Assembly (NCBI GenBank): GCA_013239625.1
Contig: MU056303.1
Location: 2,853,734 to 2,917,733, forward strand
Source: Lama guanicoe
Taxonomy: Eukaryota
Length of the DNA stretch: 64,000 nt
Direction of reading: 5' to 3'
Below, piece after piece: positions 24,439-37,618 of the stretch. The notes beneath the pieces were generated by a model. That model was not told the origin of the DNA, did not search any database, and worked only from the letters and a program-made list of their open reading frames with translations. Position 1 is the stretch's first letter; each line of letters starts with the position of its first letter. The position numbers and the translations under genes were made by a program.

Positions 24439-25375
24439 CTGTCCAGCTAACAGTGACATGTCAGGAGGAGGGAAAATCTGAAATATTACTGCCACGGTTT
24501 CATTCTTTATCTTCTGTGTAAACACAAAACTTCTGTTAAGAGCATGTTTATAGTAACACCTTGGTTATTACCCTACTAATTTTCCAGTTCTCGCTGACTA
24601 GCTAACTGACCCATTGAATGAAATTTTCCCCTTGATTTTAGTGTTATAGGAAACGAACAACTAAAATAAAATAGTGGTTTATTCTACTGATTTGGAGTAA
24701 GACAGACTCTGAGAGTGTCCGTTTATAAAAACTAAAATCTGGTTGACATAATTATTCTTATCTCAGTCTCAGCCTACAGATCCAAACAACATCTCTCAGG
24801 AAGAAAACACATTGAATTCTGCTCCCCAAGTATTTGTTTATTTATTTAAGCATTTATTTCCTCTGTGCTTAAAAAGAATTTGTGACGGCATCATCATAAA
24901 TACTTATGCGTACTCAGTATATTCCAAGTGTCTTCTTACACATTTTATAATTCATCCCAAGCGCCCTGCTATGCTTGTGTAAGGAACGCTGAGGGCAGAC
25001 TTATTCGGAGTTTCACACTGAGTCAGATGAGGGAATCAGTCGGTTTTTAAAGACCAATCTTTAGGTTCCTAATCTCTACCTTTTCCTGTGTTTACTTTTG
25101 AAATCCAGTTTTGCTGAAAGTTGTGGAATAGTGACTTACCCTAAGGAAGTGAGTCAGTGTCACCACGAAACAAGAGGACTAAACTCTGTGGACAGTGATG
25201 CCCAGTGAGTTTCTACATTGTAGAACTGGGTGGGGAGGCAGAGAAACTGAGTGGGTTTTTCTGGAGGAAAAGCTGTACGGATCCTGGGAATCCAAATAGA
25301 CTCTTAAATTGAAGGTGACTTCTTGAAGATGGGTTAGAAAAAGATGCAGTTTTTCAGTGACAGAAGAGTCCATCC

Positions 25376-25470
25376 CTAAGGTGATGCCAATGTCTGTCCC
25401 TCCACTTGTGCGAGAAGGGGGTTCTTCTTTCTGCAGGTGTGGTTCAGTCGCAGATCTAAGTCAGAGCTTT
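25376..25470 (-). CDS. Candidate last coding exon (D) of a hypothetical minus-strand ORF
   Basis: Acceptor gcatctcctttcag; phase-1 entry gives (E)SSDLDLRLNHTCRKKNPLLAQVEGQTLASP-stop. No homology recognised. Confidence 0.12.
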
Positions 25471-26359
25471 CTGAAAGGAGATGCTCTGTTGTTCCTCTGA
25501 GTGCAAGATAAATGAACTTTTCACGTCTTTGATTAAATGCACGTTCACCACTTTGGATTTTGAAAACATATATTCAAAACACAGTAAGCAGCATGTAAAT
25601 AGGCATTCGTTCCAGAAGTTGCTCCGTACTTACACAGAAGAAGTCTGTCCACATTTCCCGATGGTACCCACTCTCTTTCTAAACCCCTTTCTGATGCCTG
25701 CTAGTTCTCCCTTCCCTAGGGCCAAGAGGGTAAAACGAGAATTTGACAAAAGTTAAATATGGCTAAAGTTTTCTCTCAAACATAGTTTTTATGATAATAA
25801 AAGAAAAACCAGGACTCATTATATTGATGCCTTTGGCTTGCTGATTTTATGAGCGAGGAGATTTTTCTCGCCATCAGTGGCAGTTTTCTTTTGTAATCCA
25901 GCTGTAACACGTATTGTCATATGCAACTACTTCATTCAAATTTGTTTGTATAAAATTTTCTAGACAGGCTATTTAAAAGCAGTAGGAGAAAATTACTTAC
26001 TCGATATATCCTCTGAAATACACTTCAAAGTCTAGAATAAAAATAAAACCTCATAAGAAGAATTAGTATTTTACTATGTGGGATGCCCCCGGAAATTCTT
26101 AATAGCATTTTAATAACAGAAGTTACGCATCTTTTAGTGAACAGACATTTCGTCAATAACTTTTTCCTAAAATGATGTTTTTGTGTATATTTAATGATTA
26201 AACCACTATGCCTCGAGCAATGCATTTGTGGAAGATTCAATGGTAAAAATTTTGCACTTGGAACTGCACTAATCCTTAGAAATTGGTATATTATTTTTAT
26301 TACTGTGATTTATTAATATCTACTCCTGGGCCTGATTCTTTAGCATAAAATGAGGTATA

Positions 26360-26595
26360 CATTTATTATGGTACTCAGTACATATTCCATGTAGTAGACA
26401 CCCTTCCAAGTCATTTTAGATTTATTATTTCATTTAATTCTCTAGTAAACGTTGTTGTTATTCACCCATTTTACAGACAAGCCAAGGTCTAAAGAGGTGG
26501 TTATTTGCCCAAAGGTTCTCAGCTAAAAAGCGTCAATGGTGAGAGCCAAACCCAGAGTATCTGGCTCAAGAGCCTTTGGTCCAAACCACTGTGTT
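26360..26595 (-). mobile_element. MIR SINE
   Basis: tcatttaattctc...cccattttacagacaag...atttgcccaaagg...ctggctcaagagcc. Confidence 0.75.
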
Positions 26596-26689
26596 ATTGA
26601 GGTCAGAGCATCCTTGTTAGACCAGGAAGGAAAAAGAGACTTAGGAAAATTAAGCAACTTGTCCGAAAGAGGGTGCATGTTGGAAGAAC

Positions 26690-27550
26690 TCCACGTGAGT
26701 CAGTCTAAGTCCACATCCAGCTCGTTTTGCTACATCACAGCTGGACCGGCAAATCAGATGTAGCAGAGAAAAGACTGTAGAATTAGAAGTGAAGGAGAAC
26801 GGAGACAAGACAGGAAAGGACCTGCCTGCTGGGTCCGTGTTTGTTTCACTAAGTGTACCTAAAGCTGCTGCATGGACGGAGACGTCAGTTTGCCTTTCTT
26901 TTGAGTGATGCTGAGAACATTGCAGAAGCAAACATCCTTTCTCCTCTTGCATAGGTTTGGTTGTTTTTTTAACCAAAGTAGGAAACTGGTGCGGTTCAAA
27001 AGAATGTTGGGGGCCCATAATTGCTGTTGTGAATTTTGCGTGAGTGAACACGGGGTCTTATGTTCCAGCTGGCGTGCGGGAAGCCTCGGAGGCCCGGGGG
27101 CTTGGCAGAACATTGGCGAGCTCGCGCTATCTGTCCCTCGGATGCCCAGTGTCGCCTTCAGTTGAGGCTGAACCTGCTGCTGGGAACACAGCGTCTGAAA
27201 ATCACGTGACTACAAGTGGAGGGAAAGAGATTTGAAAGGAAAACTCCCTTTTTATGGGAGAACGTGTCCCCGCAATTCTCCTGCTGGAAATGTGAGGAAG
27301 GCGGCTTTATCGTCCAGGCTAATGGTGCGGTAGTTAAAGCTGAAGAGGGAAGGGTCACACGTGTTGAGTTTTACAATAAATGTTGATGAGAAGGACCTCG
27401 CAGGGGAGAGCGGGTCGTTGTGATAATTTTACGTGTTCAATGGCTGAAGAAGATGGTTTCTGACAGGCGGGCTTTACAACAATTTGGATGGTTGTTCCCA
27501 TATTTTTCATTCTTGGGGGGAGGAAGGACAAAGGGGCACACGTGGTAGGA
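26690..27550. promoter_or_regulatory. Candidate enhancer: cluster of four CACGTG E-boxes
   Basis: CACGTG at 26692, 27203 (TCACGTGA), 27358 and 27539; the first overlaps an AP-1 TGAGTCA. Confidence 0.3.
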
Positions 27551-28120
27551 ACAGAGGAGAAGTTCCTGGGAAGCGGGGAACGCGGGGCCCAGGGGTGGCA
27601 CGGAGACGAGGGCAGGACTGCGCAGCGGAGAAGAGGTCCAGACCTACTTCCAGAAAACGTGAAGAGAAACTTTGGCTTTCCCAAGGGCAATAGGCATCTG
27701 GTGGCTCTGCTAATTTTTTCGCTCTTCAATGATAGAGACTGAGGCAAAAGGAAGCAGTTTGTGAACACTACTATTTTGAACATAAAATAAGTATACTGTT
27801 TTATAAATGCTTAAAGCATTTTCAGTGCTCGGGAGCTTTCTTACGGGGTTCTCACTGCATTAGGAATCAAGAAATATTTATTGTATCCACTTGGTGGGGA
27901 GCAGTGTACTGGTTCTTTGGGGGGAGACTGAAGAGATATGATGTACATAGTCCCTGGAGGCGGGGGGTTTGGGAAGCAGTGGTGAGGGAAGACCCTCCCA
28001 TGGGAAGCAAATAGAAGAAGGAGTAAGGCCAGATAGCTTCTTTTAATGGTATAGACATTAACATCAAAAAGTCTAGACAAAAAGGCAGGTTTCCTGGAGG
28101 AAATGAGACTGAAGCTAGAT

Positions 28121-28738
28121 CTTTTTTTTTCAATTTTAAAATTTTAGTTATTTTTAAAATTCTGTTTTTTATTGAAGTATAATTGATTTAGAGGGTTAGT
28201 TTCAGGTGTACAACAAAGTGATTCAGTTATACATATATATGCATATATATATCTTTTCAGATTCTTTTCCACTATATGTTATTACAAAAAATTGAGTATA
28301 GTTCCCTGTGCTATATAGTAGGTCCTTGTTGTTTATCTATTTTATATATAGTAAGGTGTATCTGCTAATCCCTAACTCCTAATTTATCCCTCCCCTCCCC
28401 TTTCCCCTTTGGTAACCATAGTTACTTTTCTATGTTCATGAGTCTATTTTTAGTTTGTAAATAAGATTTGTATCAATTGTTCCTTAGAGTCTACATATAA
28501 GTAGTATCATACAATATTTGAATTTCTCTGTCTGACTTACTTCACTTAATATGATAATCTCTAGGTCATCCATNNNNNNNNNNNNNNNNNNNNNNNNNNN
28601 NNNNNNNNNNNNNNNNNNNNNNNNNNNNNNNNNNNNNNNNNNNNNNNNNNNNNNNNNNNNNNNNNNNNNNNNNNNNNNNNNNNNNNNNNNNNNNNNNNNN
28701 NNNNNNNNNNNNNNNNTATGAACACTGGGGTGCAGGTG
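28121..28738 (-). mobile_element. 5'-truncated artiodactyl-type L1 3' end spanning a gap
   Basis: L1 3' UTR motifs and poly(T) on the + strand. Perfect 12-bp TSD ctgaagctagat at 28109-28120 and 28739-28750. Confidence 0.93.
28574..28716. other. Assembly gap inside L1
   Basis: N bases. Confidence 1.
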
Positions 28739-29484
28739 CTGAAGCTAGATTTTGATGGATGGATGAAGAAGGAAGATGGGCAAAGGAGAGGTCCTTGAGG
28801 TAGAGGAGCTAGGGATGGGGTCTTGGAGACCTGGAGAGCATGCAAGATTCATGGAGCAGCAGGGGGCTGGCTCTCGGTACAGTTGGAAAAAATGGAAGAG
28901 GGGAGGGTCTGAGGCTGTTTAATGAGAATGAAGCTCCCTATTATAGTCCAGCCTTGTTCTGAGTCCCTTGAGGGACCATGGAAATGACCAGTGATTCAGA
29001 ATGACAAAGAATGAGGGGGACAGCCCCTTTTCATTCAGGGCACTCATCTCAGCTAATTTTTCATCGACGGAGAAGTGAGTAGTCGACCCTTCGACACTTC
29101 CTGTACCTACAGGTGGTTAGTTTCCTTTGTTAGTCCACCATCCATGCTTAATTGAAACACAGTATTTTGAAATTTTTACTTACGGTTGAAAAGTTTCTCA
29201 GTGGTTTGGAAACTGGGGTCATCCTGGATTTCTCTCAGATTTTCCCTCCTTATTAGTTTGTATAAATATTGATTCACCCTAGAAATGAGTTATGGGTAGG
29301 AGGGAACCCTTCTCCCTCCTTTTTTTTTTTTCTGCCCGATAGAACGCAGCATTCCAGAAAAACCTCATTTCCGGTGATGAATGGCTGTTGGCGTAAGAAA
29401 TCTGACGTGTGGTTGAGGAGAAGGAATACAGCTGACATGAGAAAAGTTTGAGAAGGAAACCATAATCCCCTTTCAAATTCGCTG

Positions 29485-29940
29485 CTTATTAGAGGAGCTA
29501 AAATGATTAAGCAGCTGGAGGTTTTGATGTATGAGGAAAGATTAAAAGAATTACATGTGTGTAGGTTGGCCGGAGAGCTAAGGAGGGTACGTGCATGTGT
29601 GTGGGGCGGGGGCCTGAGAGCTGTTTGCAGATAATTGAAGGTATAAGCCCCAATGAGGGAGCGGGATTGCGGAGGTGGTCTTTAGGGGATTATCTCAGGG
29701 TAATGAATGAACTGAAGAAAAGGGGGAAAAATGGTTTAATCAGGAAGACTTTCATAATGGGTGAGACTTAAGAGGCCATAAAAGAATCTCGCAGGAGGGG
29801 TGGTGACATTCCCATCCCTTGAGTCATCTGCAGGAGGCCCATGAAGAGCTGGGAGTGCACCGGGCCGCCCTGTGGGGAACCAGGCTGGTGAGCAAGAGCG
29901 TGCTCTGTCTTGATGTTTCAAAGCTCAATTCCGAGGATGA
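29485..29940 (+). mobile_element. CR1/L3-superfamily LINE 3' relic
   Basis: Translates to AKMIKQLEVLMYEERLKEL, matching the CR1 ORF2 C-terminal KMIKGLE..YEERLKEL motif; followed by CR1-like atcaggaagactttc...gtggtg...cccatcccttgagtcat. Confidence 0.75.
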
Positions 29941-30398
29941 ATCAATTGGTAAACAGTAAACTGGGAAACTCCCCAGGAACGGAGTCTGTCTCATCTCACT
30001 GATAATTTTCTTCAAGTCAGAGAGACGTGCCCCACACCTCTTCCTCCTCCGATTTCCACATATTGTCCTTGACGCTATATCATTTCTTAAGGGACGTCTC
30101 CCATTTCTAATGGGAGAGGGATTTAAAGACAGGGTAAGCAGCATGTGATGCAGCCAGTGGCGATGTTAACAGCCCTTCCTGCCCCGCAGCCCCTCTCCCC
30201 AACACGCCTGCTCTCTGTCACGTTCGGGGGCCCTGTGTGGGGTTCCTCGTGGTTCCTCGTGTTAATCAGTGTTTGGACCACGCTTCTCCTGGAAATGAAC
30301 CTGATCAAGGCTAGCTTTCCTCCAGTACCACGACTAGGTGGAAGTTCTTTTAAACAGGACTAACAAAGATAAACAAATTTCTATTCTTCTTGACTTAC

Positions 30399-30453
30399 CA
30401 GAATCTTTATGAATTTCTGACTCTTCACGAGAGGGATATTGAAACATCATGTT
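30399..30453 (-). CDS. Candidate 55-nt exon (C), phase 0 to 1
   Basis: gtattgatttcctgtag | NMMFQYPSREESEIHKDS+G | gtaagt; only this frame is open. Confidence 0.25.
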
Positions 30454-31319
30454 CTACAGGAAATCAATACAGGAATTACTACGAAATGCAGGATAAAACA
30501 CAGTTTTCTGTTCCTACCTTTATTATTCAGCCTTGTGGAAGATCAGAATTATGAAAAAATAAAATTGCAAGAATCAGGAAGAAAAAATATCAGATGAAAG
30601 CAGTTACACCTATAAAAATTCATGAGATCATCACAGGTAAAAAATACAAGATTTGTTTATTCATCCTACAAATATTTATCATGTGCCTTTGGTGACACTG
30701 GGGTTCTTCTCAAGTCAATGAATAATAAAGGACAAGAACCTGGTCACCGAGAAGCTTTCATTATAATGGCAAACTTTAAATCTTCTATAACATACTAGGT
30801 ATCTGTATGTACGTGATAAATATTGTAAGAGAAATCTTTGCATAAAGTTTCGCGTTTGCTTGTTTTCCGCTAAAAGCAGAAGCACCGAACTAAAAGAAGT
30901 TTTACATACTTTAGAGACTCCTGACATTGTTGAAATGATCTAAATTGATTTGATATTTTTCTTCTCCACTACGGTAAATGATTGTCTTAGCACCTTTTAT
31001 TAATTTTTCTTTAATGTTTTCATCAGTCTGATATGCCACAGTCCATGGCATATAAAATATATTATATACACTTTGATGCATACACATTCTATTTTACTAA
31101 TCTGCCTATTCAACTTCCCATCTGAAGAAGCAGGTGACAGACATATTAATTAACTTTCCCAACCACTAGGACAGAAATGTGAATGGTCTAAATTATTGGG
31201 AGACACACATTCAAAACAAATTCAAATGAAGAAAGCAGACCACATAGTAAACAAAGGAGACAACGGAACTTAGAGCAGAACAGGAGGTGAGACAGCAGAG
31301 ATAGGACCCTCCAAAGTGT

Positions 31320-31560
31320 ACTGATAAATGTGAATGGGCGCTAAATCCACAGAAAGAAAAGATTCTGATTGAATCACCAAGCAAAACACAACCAGTGACT
31401 GCTACATGAAGTACACCTTTAAAAAATAATTTAGAACTGTTGACACAAAAAGAATAGGAAAAGAGACAATAAAGGAAGATACAAGCAGAAAGGGAAGGGG
31501 TTGTTATCCTTACATTGGACCAAAGTGAAATCAGATGAAAACAGATTAAATGAGATAATC
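31320..31560 (+). mobile_element. Old L1 ORF2 endonuclease-domain fragment
   Basis: Degenerate equivalent of CCLQETH...KKAGVAILISDKVEFK (tgctacatgaagtacacc; ggggttgttatccttacattggaccaaagtgaaatcag). Confidence 0.6.
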
Positions 31561-32185
31561 AGGACAGTCTAGAAACAGGATGCACCAAGTTATTTTAACT
31601 AAGGAGAGTTGATGAATATCTCTGTCTGCCTGTTTCTTCACGCGGACAGGGGAAGAGGTGGATTAATAAAGTAACCCGGAGAGTCAGCACTGAGGTCAAG
31701 CCATCTGGCTTCCGAGCACCACCCCTAACCTCTATTGAATGCCGGGGCCTGGATTTTCCCTCCTTCTCTGACTCAGGATTGTGTAGTTGGCGGACTCTCC
31801 TGCTGGTTTAATGCCGTTGACAGTAGCAGTTACATCCAGAGTCAGTCACTTGCCACTGAACCAGAGACAGCCCCACTCAAAAAAAGTTCTTTAGCTGTTA
31901 AGGAATTTCATGCCCCTCTTCACAGGGACCTAGTGACCATTGTCTTTTCTTCTTGTTCTTTCTTTTCTTCTTCAGGCTGGCCGGAGACCTTGACGATGAA
32001 TCCCCCCGTGTTGGCTATGCATGTGCCTCCAGCCCCACAGTGTTCATGCTCTGAGCGTTCACATCCCACAACCAGAAAGGCTGACCGAGATGCTTTTGCA
32101 GTGGAAGGCCTTGTCTTTCCTAACAGGGATTCTCACAACAGCTGTTAAATTACTTTTTCTTTTGTTCTGTAGTTGAGTTTTTCCC

Positions 32186-32945
32186 CATTAGCTTTACTGA
32201 GGTATAGCTGACAAATAAAATGATATATATGTAAAATATACAACTTAAAGATTTGAGATATGTATACAAAGTGAAGTGCTCACCACAGTCAAGTTAATAC
32301 AACTACCGCCACACACAGTTACCACCGTTTGTGTGTGTGATGAGATTCCTTAAGATCCACTCCCTTGGCCAATTTCTAGTGTGCAATGCAGTATTACTAA
32401 TTATGCATTAATACGTTCATATACGAAGTATACATTAATATATTACATTAGATCTCCAGTGCTTATTTATCTTAGAACTGAAAGTTTTATCCTTCAACCA
32501 ACCTCTCCCCATTTCTCCCACCCCTCAGCTCCTGGTCATCATTTTTTTTTTTAACTCTGTTTCTATGAGCTTGATTTTTTTTTTTTGAGATTCTGGGAAT
32601 AAGTGAGATCATACAGTATTTGTCTTTCTCTATCTGGTTTATTTCACTTGGCATAATGTCCTCCAAGTTCATCCATGCTTTTGTAAATGTCAGGATTTCC
32701 TCCTTTTTTAGTGCTGAATAATATTCTGTTGTGTTTACTATTTCTATCTCTCTGTCTCCCATATTTTCATTACCCATTCATCTGTATCTGGACACTTGGG
32801 TTGCTTCCATGTCTTGGTTATTATGGATAATGCTGCAATGTACCTGAGGGTGCAGGTATCTCTTGGAGATACTGATTTTAGTTTTCTTTAGATATTTCCC
32901 AGAAGTGGGATCTCTGGATTGTATGGTAGTTCTACATTAAATTTT
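32186..32945 (-). mobile_element. L1MA-type 3' end
   Basis: agctttactgaggtatagctgacaaataaaa terminus; reverse translation YYSALKKEEILTFTKAWMNLEDIMPSEINQIEKDKYCMISL is the L1 ORF2 C-terminus. Confidence 0.92.
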
Positions 32946-33009
32946 ATAACAGAAATGAAAATGATAGTTGAGTTTTGAAGGATCACTATAAATTATGGCA
33001 AATAATTTC

Positions 33010-33228
33010 ATTCTCTCTTTTGCTTTTTAGCCCATGCTCATTAGCTGATCCTGTCTGTATATAAAATTTTGTTATTTTGTTCATCATAAATTTTTTGCAC
33101 TCACTTTGATTTCTAAAAAAAAATACTTAGAAATATTATTTCTCTTATTTATTGAGTCTTTTTGGCATCCTCTGGAATTTTGCAGCCAAGGCAAGTGTCT
33201 CACTTACCTAATCCTGGTCCTGACCCTG
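33010..33228. mobile_element. MER96B-like hAT MITE (about half)
   Basis: ctgatcctgtctgtatataaaattttgttattttgttcatcat...gcaagtgtctcacttacctaatcctggtcctgaccctg. Confidence 0.7.
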
Positions 33229-34844
33229 CTCATTTATCAGGACAATCCCAAAAGAAAACAGAATCATACCACAGGGTTTCACAACACTTTTCTGATAGAC
33301 ATAATTAATTTTTATCTCATTTTTTTCCCTCATAGAGCTGAACTAGCCTGCCAGTTTTTTTTTATTATTACTTTCAGATCATTTTCAAAGCCTCTTAGAT
33401 AACAGTTGGAAAGCAGTCTATTTTTTGATTTATTTGCCCATGTGTTAGGGACCAACGTTTGCTGACCGACAAAACGAGTTTCTGCTCATATTTTATGTCT
33501 GTTGCAGTGTATCGAGAAAGTGTCTGCAATTTGGGACACCCACAGAGCTCTGAAAAAAATCAGATAAGCTGGTACTGAATCTATCTGTAAATCTTCAAAT
33601 AACAAAACGCTGACACACTTTTATGTTTTCAGATATTATCTCTCCCAGGAAAATGCTTTCCTATTTTATGCAAATGAGCAAATGATACTTTTTGAGAGAT
33701 TATTATAGAAGAGTTTTGCATGTCTGCAGATCTCGAGTTATTTAGTGTAAGGGGAGGCAAAAAAGGAGGGCGGTTGTGATTAGTTTTGTGGGGGACAGTC
33801 CCTTAGTCCTGTCATTTAAACACTGTGAATATTTACCGATAGTCTTCTGGATCTGAAGAGAAAATTCTCATTAAACTATTGTAATTAAGCTTCTGGAGGC
33901 CTTACAGCACCAGATCTAAGAGACAGGCAGGGTAGGAGGAATGGAGATTGAGCTGATGGCCAGTTTGAGGTCCAAAGGAAGGACACTTGGGGACTCGATT
34001 TTCTATGTATGAGTCACATATTTAAAAGAAAGAAGGGAGACTTTTAGTATAAGAAGGTCAAGGCAAAACATTTTTGTTGACTCTCTGCAGCCAGTAATTG
34101 CAGCTAGTGAGACGCCCAGGAGGGCAGGGAGCCCGGTGCTGCTGGAAAGTTCTTTGGTTCACCTCCAAGTGACCACTGGTGACCAGGGTCTCCTCACTGT
34201 GTTATTAATTCACCCTGGCAGACCTTCAGCGTTTTCACTACCTTGGCAGAACGTGGGCTTTTTTCTCCCAGTGTTCTGGGCTGACCTCCGACCCTGCCCT
34301 TGTCTCCGGGCCAGCACTCCACTGAAGTCAGGAAAACCATCACACTCAACCCTGCTGTTAATGGTTGGTGTTGCAACAGCCCAGGAACAGGGGCGCCTCA
34401 CTTAGGTGATCTGATGTTTCTTTACCTTAAAAAACGCCATGCAAGGTCTGGTGCCCATTTTCTGTCCAGGAATAATGATCAGAATCCCTCGTTTCAGTTG
34501 ATCCAATTTATTTGGAGTGAAAAAATTGGAGACTAACATACTATCGTAGCTTCCTCATTAATCACCTGGAGAGGTTAGATCTGTGGTTTGTAAAGAACAC
34601 AGGGCCAAAGAGTAAGAATCCGAGCATGTTGAATTGTGCAGTCCCACCCTGACACATACACGTGACCTTTGTAACATCCCCAGACATCCTGTCCTTCAAA
34701 GTCAGCCTGAATTCTTGTACTATAGTCAATTTCATGTTTAGGAAAGAAGTATGGTTCAAAGACAGAACAGGAGATTTCGAGTCGTGTTAAGTCAACCTTA
34801 AAGTTAAGAGTTGGCATTTTGGAGCCATGTTGTTTCGGAGTAGG

Positions 34845-34965
34845 AACTTAGGTCCCCAAACCTCAGTTTCCCATCTATGAAGCAAAATTCACATATCTCC
34901 TTCAAAGGGTTGCTATGATAATTAACTACGGGAAAAGAGCATATATTATGTGCAATTCCTGTCCG
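34845..34965 (+). mobile_element. MIR SINE fragment
   Basis: cctcagtttcccatctatgaa...agggttgctatgataattaa. Confidence 0.65.
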
Positions 34966-35871
34966 GTAGAAGGTACCCGACCGAGGTCACATTTCTCTTT
35001 CACGTACAATTCGCAGTAGTTTGAGTTGCATGTCTACTTGACAGGAGGCGGTTGGTCTGTTCCCATCCCTCGTTCTTTTCATGAACGTTTTGGGGGAATC
35101 GGGTAGGTCTGGGTGTTTGACAGACTTATTCATTCTAAGAGTTGTTTTCTGGGATCTGCTCTGCTTCCCCCTTGAGCCATTCCTGCCGTTCCGAGGAATC
35201 CCATGGGCTTCCCTCTGACTGCTTCTGTGTCCCCGCACAGGATACCTGGGGACATGACAGCAGCAGAACGCAGCCACCACTTTTAACGAGACATTAATTG
35301 GTGACTTGGGGAAACAGATGGAAATTCCAGCAATAAAAAAAAATCTGACACTAGCCACTAAAAGTGACTGTTCTCAGTTGCAGGAACGAGACTGAGTCCC
35401 GCACAAGGCTCCCCTGTTGGAGTCTCTTTTTCTGAGTGTCCTCCAAGGGGCAGACCCTGAGCTCCCCTCTCTGTTCCTAACATACAGCCTCGTCACAGCG
35501 ACCACTTTGTCCTCCTAGCTGGGCAGCCCTTGAGTGATTTCATCTACTTCAGATTTAGTCCTTCGCTCCTTGAGACCTTGAGATGGAAGAACATTCTCTC
35601 CTACCTCACCCCCACATTCTCAGTTCTGCTCTAAAATTTAACTGTACCCAGGGAGATGGACCATTGCGACCTCTCCTACGTCTTGGGGGGAGTTCTCTTA
35701 TGCACCCCGCACAGTATGGAGCACAATTTAACCATAAGATTTCTAACAGAATATAATAATCTAAAGTTAGCATTTGCCCCAAAGTCATCAATCTTTTCTC
35801 CAGCTCAGGGTGAACACTAGGCCTGTAATTTTCCTGCTAATTTTACCCACATTCCCCCTCCCCATATATAT

Positions 35872-36128
35872 TGCTAGAGATTGAACGTTTATATCCCCCC
35901 AAAATTCATTGGTTGAAACCTACCCCTCAAAGTGATGGTGCTGGGAGGTGAGCCTGTGCTGTCATGACCCCTGCTGTGCGAGGACCAGGGGTTCTCACCA
36001 GACACCAAGTTTGCTGGCGCTGTGATCTTGGACTTCTCAGCCTCCAGAACTGGGAGAAAGGGATATGTTTTGTTTACAAGCCATCCGTGTATAGTGTTCT
36101 GTTATAGCTGCCTGAACAGACTCAGACA
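35872..36128 (+). mobile_element. MLT1A-like MaLR solo LTR with internal deletion
   Basis: TG...CA termini; ccccccaaaattcattggttgaaacc; tgatcttggacttctcagcctccagaactg; tgttatagctgcctgaacagactcagaca. Confidence 0.88.
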
Positions 36129-37572
36129 GAAACGTGCACACACAGATACTAATGCATGCACATATACATGCAAAGATACACATGGATCAGCACAGGGAAT
36201 TCTGAATCGACACTTTAAGGAAATAAACATGTCTTTAAAATGGCAGTAATATGATAAATTTAAGGGGAAGACCACACTATGGTCATAGTTTTTTGTTTTT
36301 GTTTTCTCCCCCTGCTGCTTACAGAGGAATTAGCACCCACTAAGAAAATAATCAGCTTTTCCCTACTACATAGACTAGTTTAGCTTCTTAGGAAATGCAT
36401 CTTCCCAAATCTTTTTTTTTCCCCTAGAAGACAACTTTTACTTAGCTTTTGTGTATATAAAATTCATTTTTATGGGTCGGTTTACCTAGGAAGAAAAGGA
36501 ACAATTTTTATCTTTTTATTTAAAATAAAGTCCGTTTCTCCCAACAAAGAATGCAGCTTGAAACTTGTGATTGAGTTTTTCTGTTCTGTCCTCATCAACT
36601 GTTCAGATCCATTGAGTGACACAGGAATCAAGCTGTCGTATATTTAAGCTTATTGACGCACGCTGAGTGTTCAATAATATCAGTTTCCCTGTTTGATCTT
36701 TCAGAATTTTCCCTTCGGCTGTGCCAAATGTAATTCTCTAAAATTTCCCTTCATAGATCCCGTTTCTGTACCTGGGGAAGCTGTACCATTTCATACCCTT
36801 TAAGTTGCAGCTCTGCTCTATATTTGGTTTTTACAGCTGGACAAGGGAAGCACAGATTTAACCTTGTGTCTTAGTGAGTGTTGAGGTACAAAGTGTGCCG
36901 AGGAAATCACACACACACGCACACACACACGCCTACTTTCTGGGCATGATATCAAGTCCTGGGTTTTTTTATGTGCCTGTTTTCCTTGGATTGGGAAAGG
37001 AAACAAGGCATTCTGAAAATCAAGGGCTGCTGACCAGTTTGTTTTTTTTCTTTTTTTCTTTTTTTTGGAAAGGGGAATCTGTAATCCATGGTTGAAGCTT
37101 TATTTGGTGCATAAGCTGTTACATTTTTTTTCTCATTCAGAAAAGTGGACCAATCAAAGGCAAAATGATTTTCATTATTTCTCTGACTTTGCTTAGTAAC
37201 TTCATTCTCCACCAGTGCTTGTCAGACAGAAAGTGGGACCTCATGCAGGGGGCCTTCCCCAGGAATCACATTCCAGCTAAAGATAGAATATTGGCTTTAG
37301 AACATCTCGTCACCCTACTTAACAAGACATCACTTCCTTGGGGTCCTCTGAGCCATCCACCCATCCATCTACCCTTCCATCCATCCAGGATGTTTAGAAG
37401 CAAAAGAATCGATCATTTGTGCATAATACAAAGAACAAACTTCCTGGTGTGATATTATTGAACAAAGTTATCACTTAAAATTTCTTCTGCTCCAAGCGCA
37501 TCTGGACTTGGGCATTTTCAGAGCCCCTGGCTTCACCAAAGTCTCACTTACTTGAGGATGAATTTTTTGGGG

Positions 37573-37618
37573 TGACAATCAATACATATTTAGGATGACA
37601 ATCAATACATATTTAGGA
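37573..37618 (+). repeat. 23-bp perfect tandem duplication (tgacaatcaatacatatttagga x2)
   Basis: Direct reading. Confidence 0.95.

Noticed and set aside
32487-32777. 96-aa ORF with YYSALKKEEIL...KDKYCMISL
   Set aside because: Remnant of the L1 ORF2 C-terminus.
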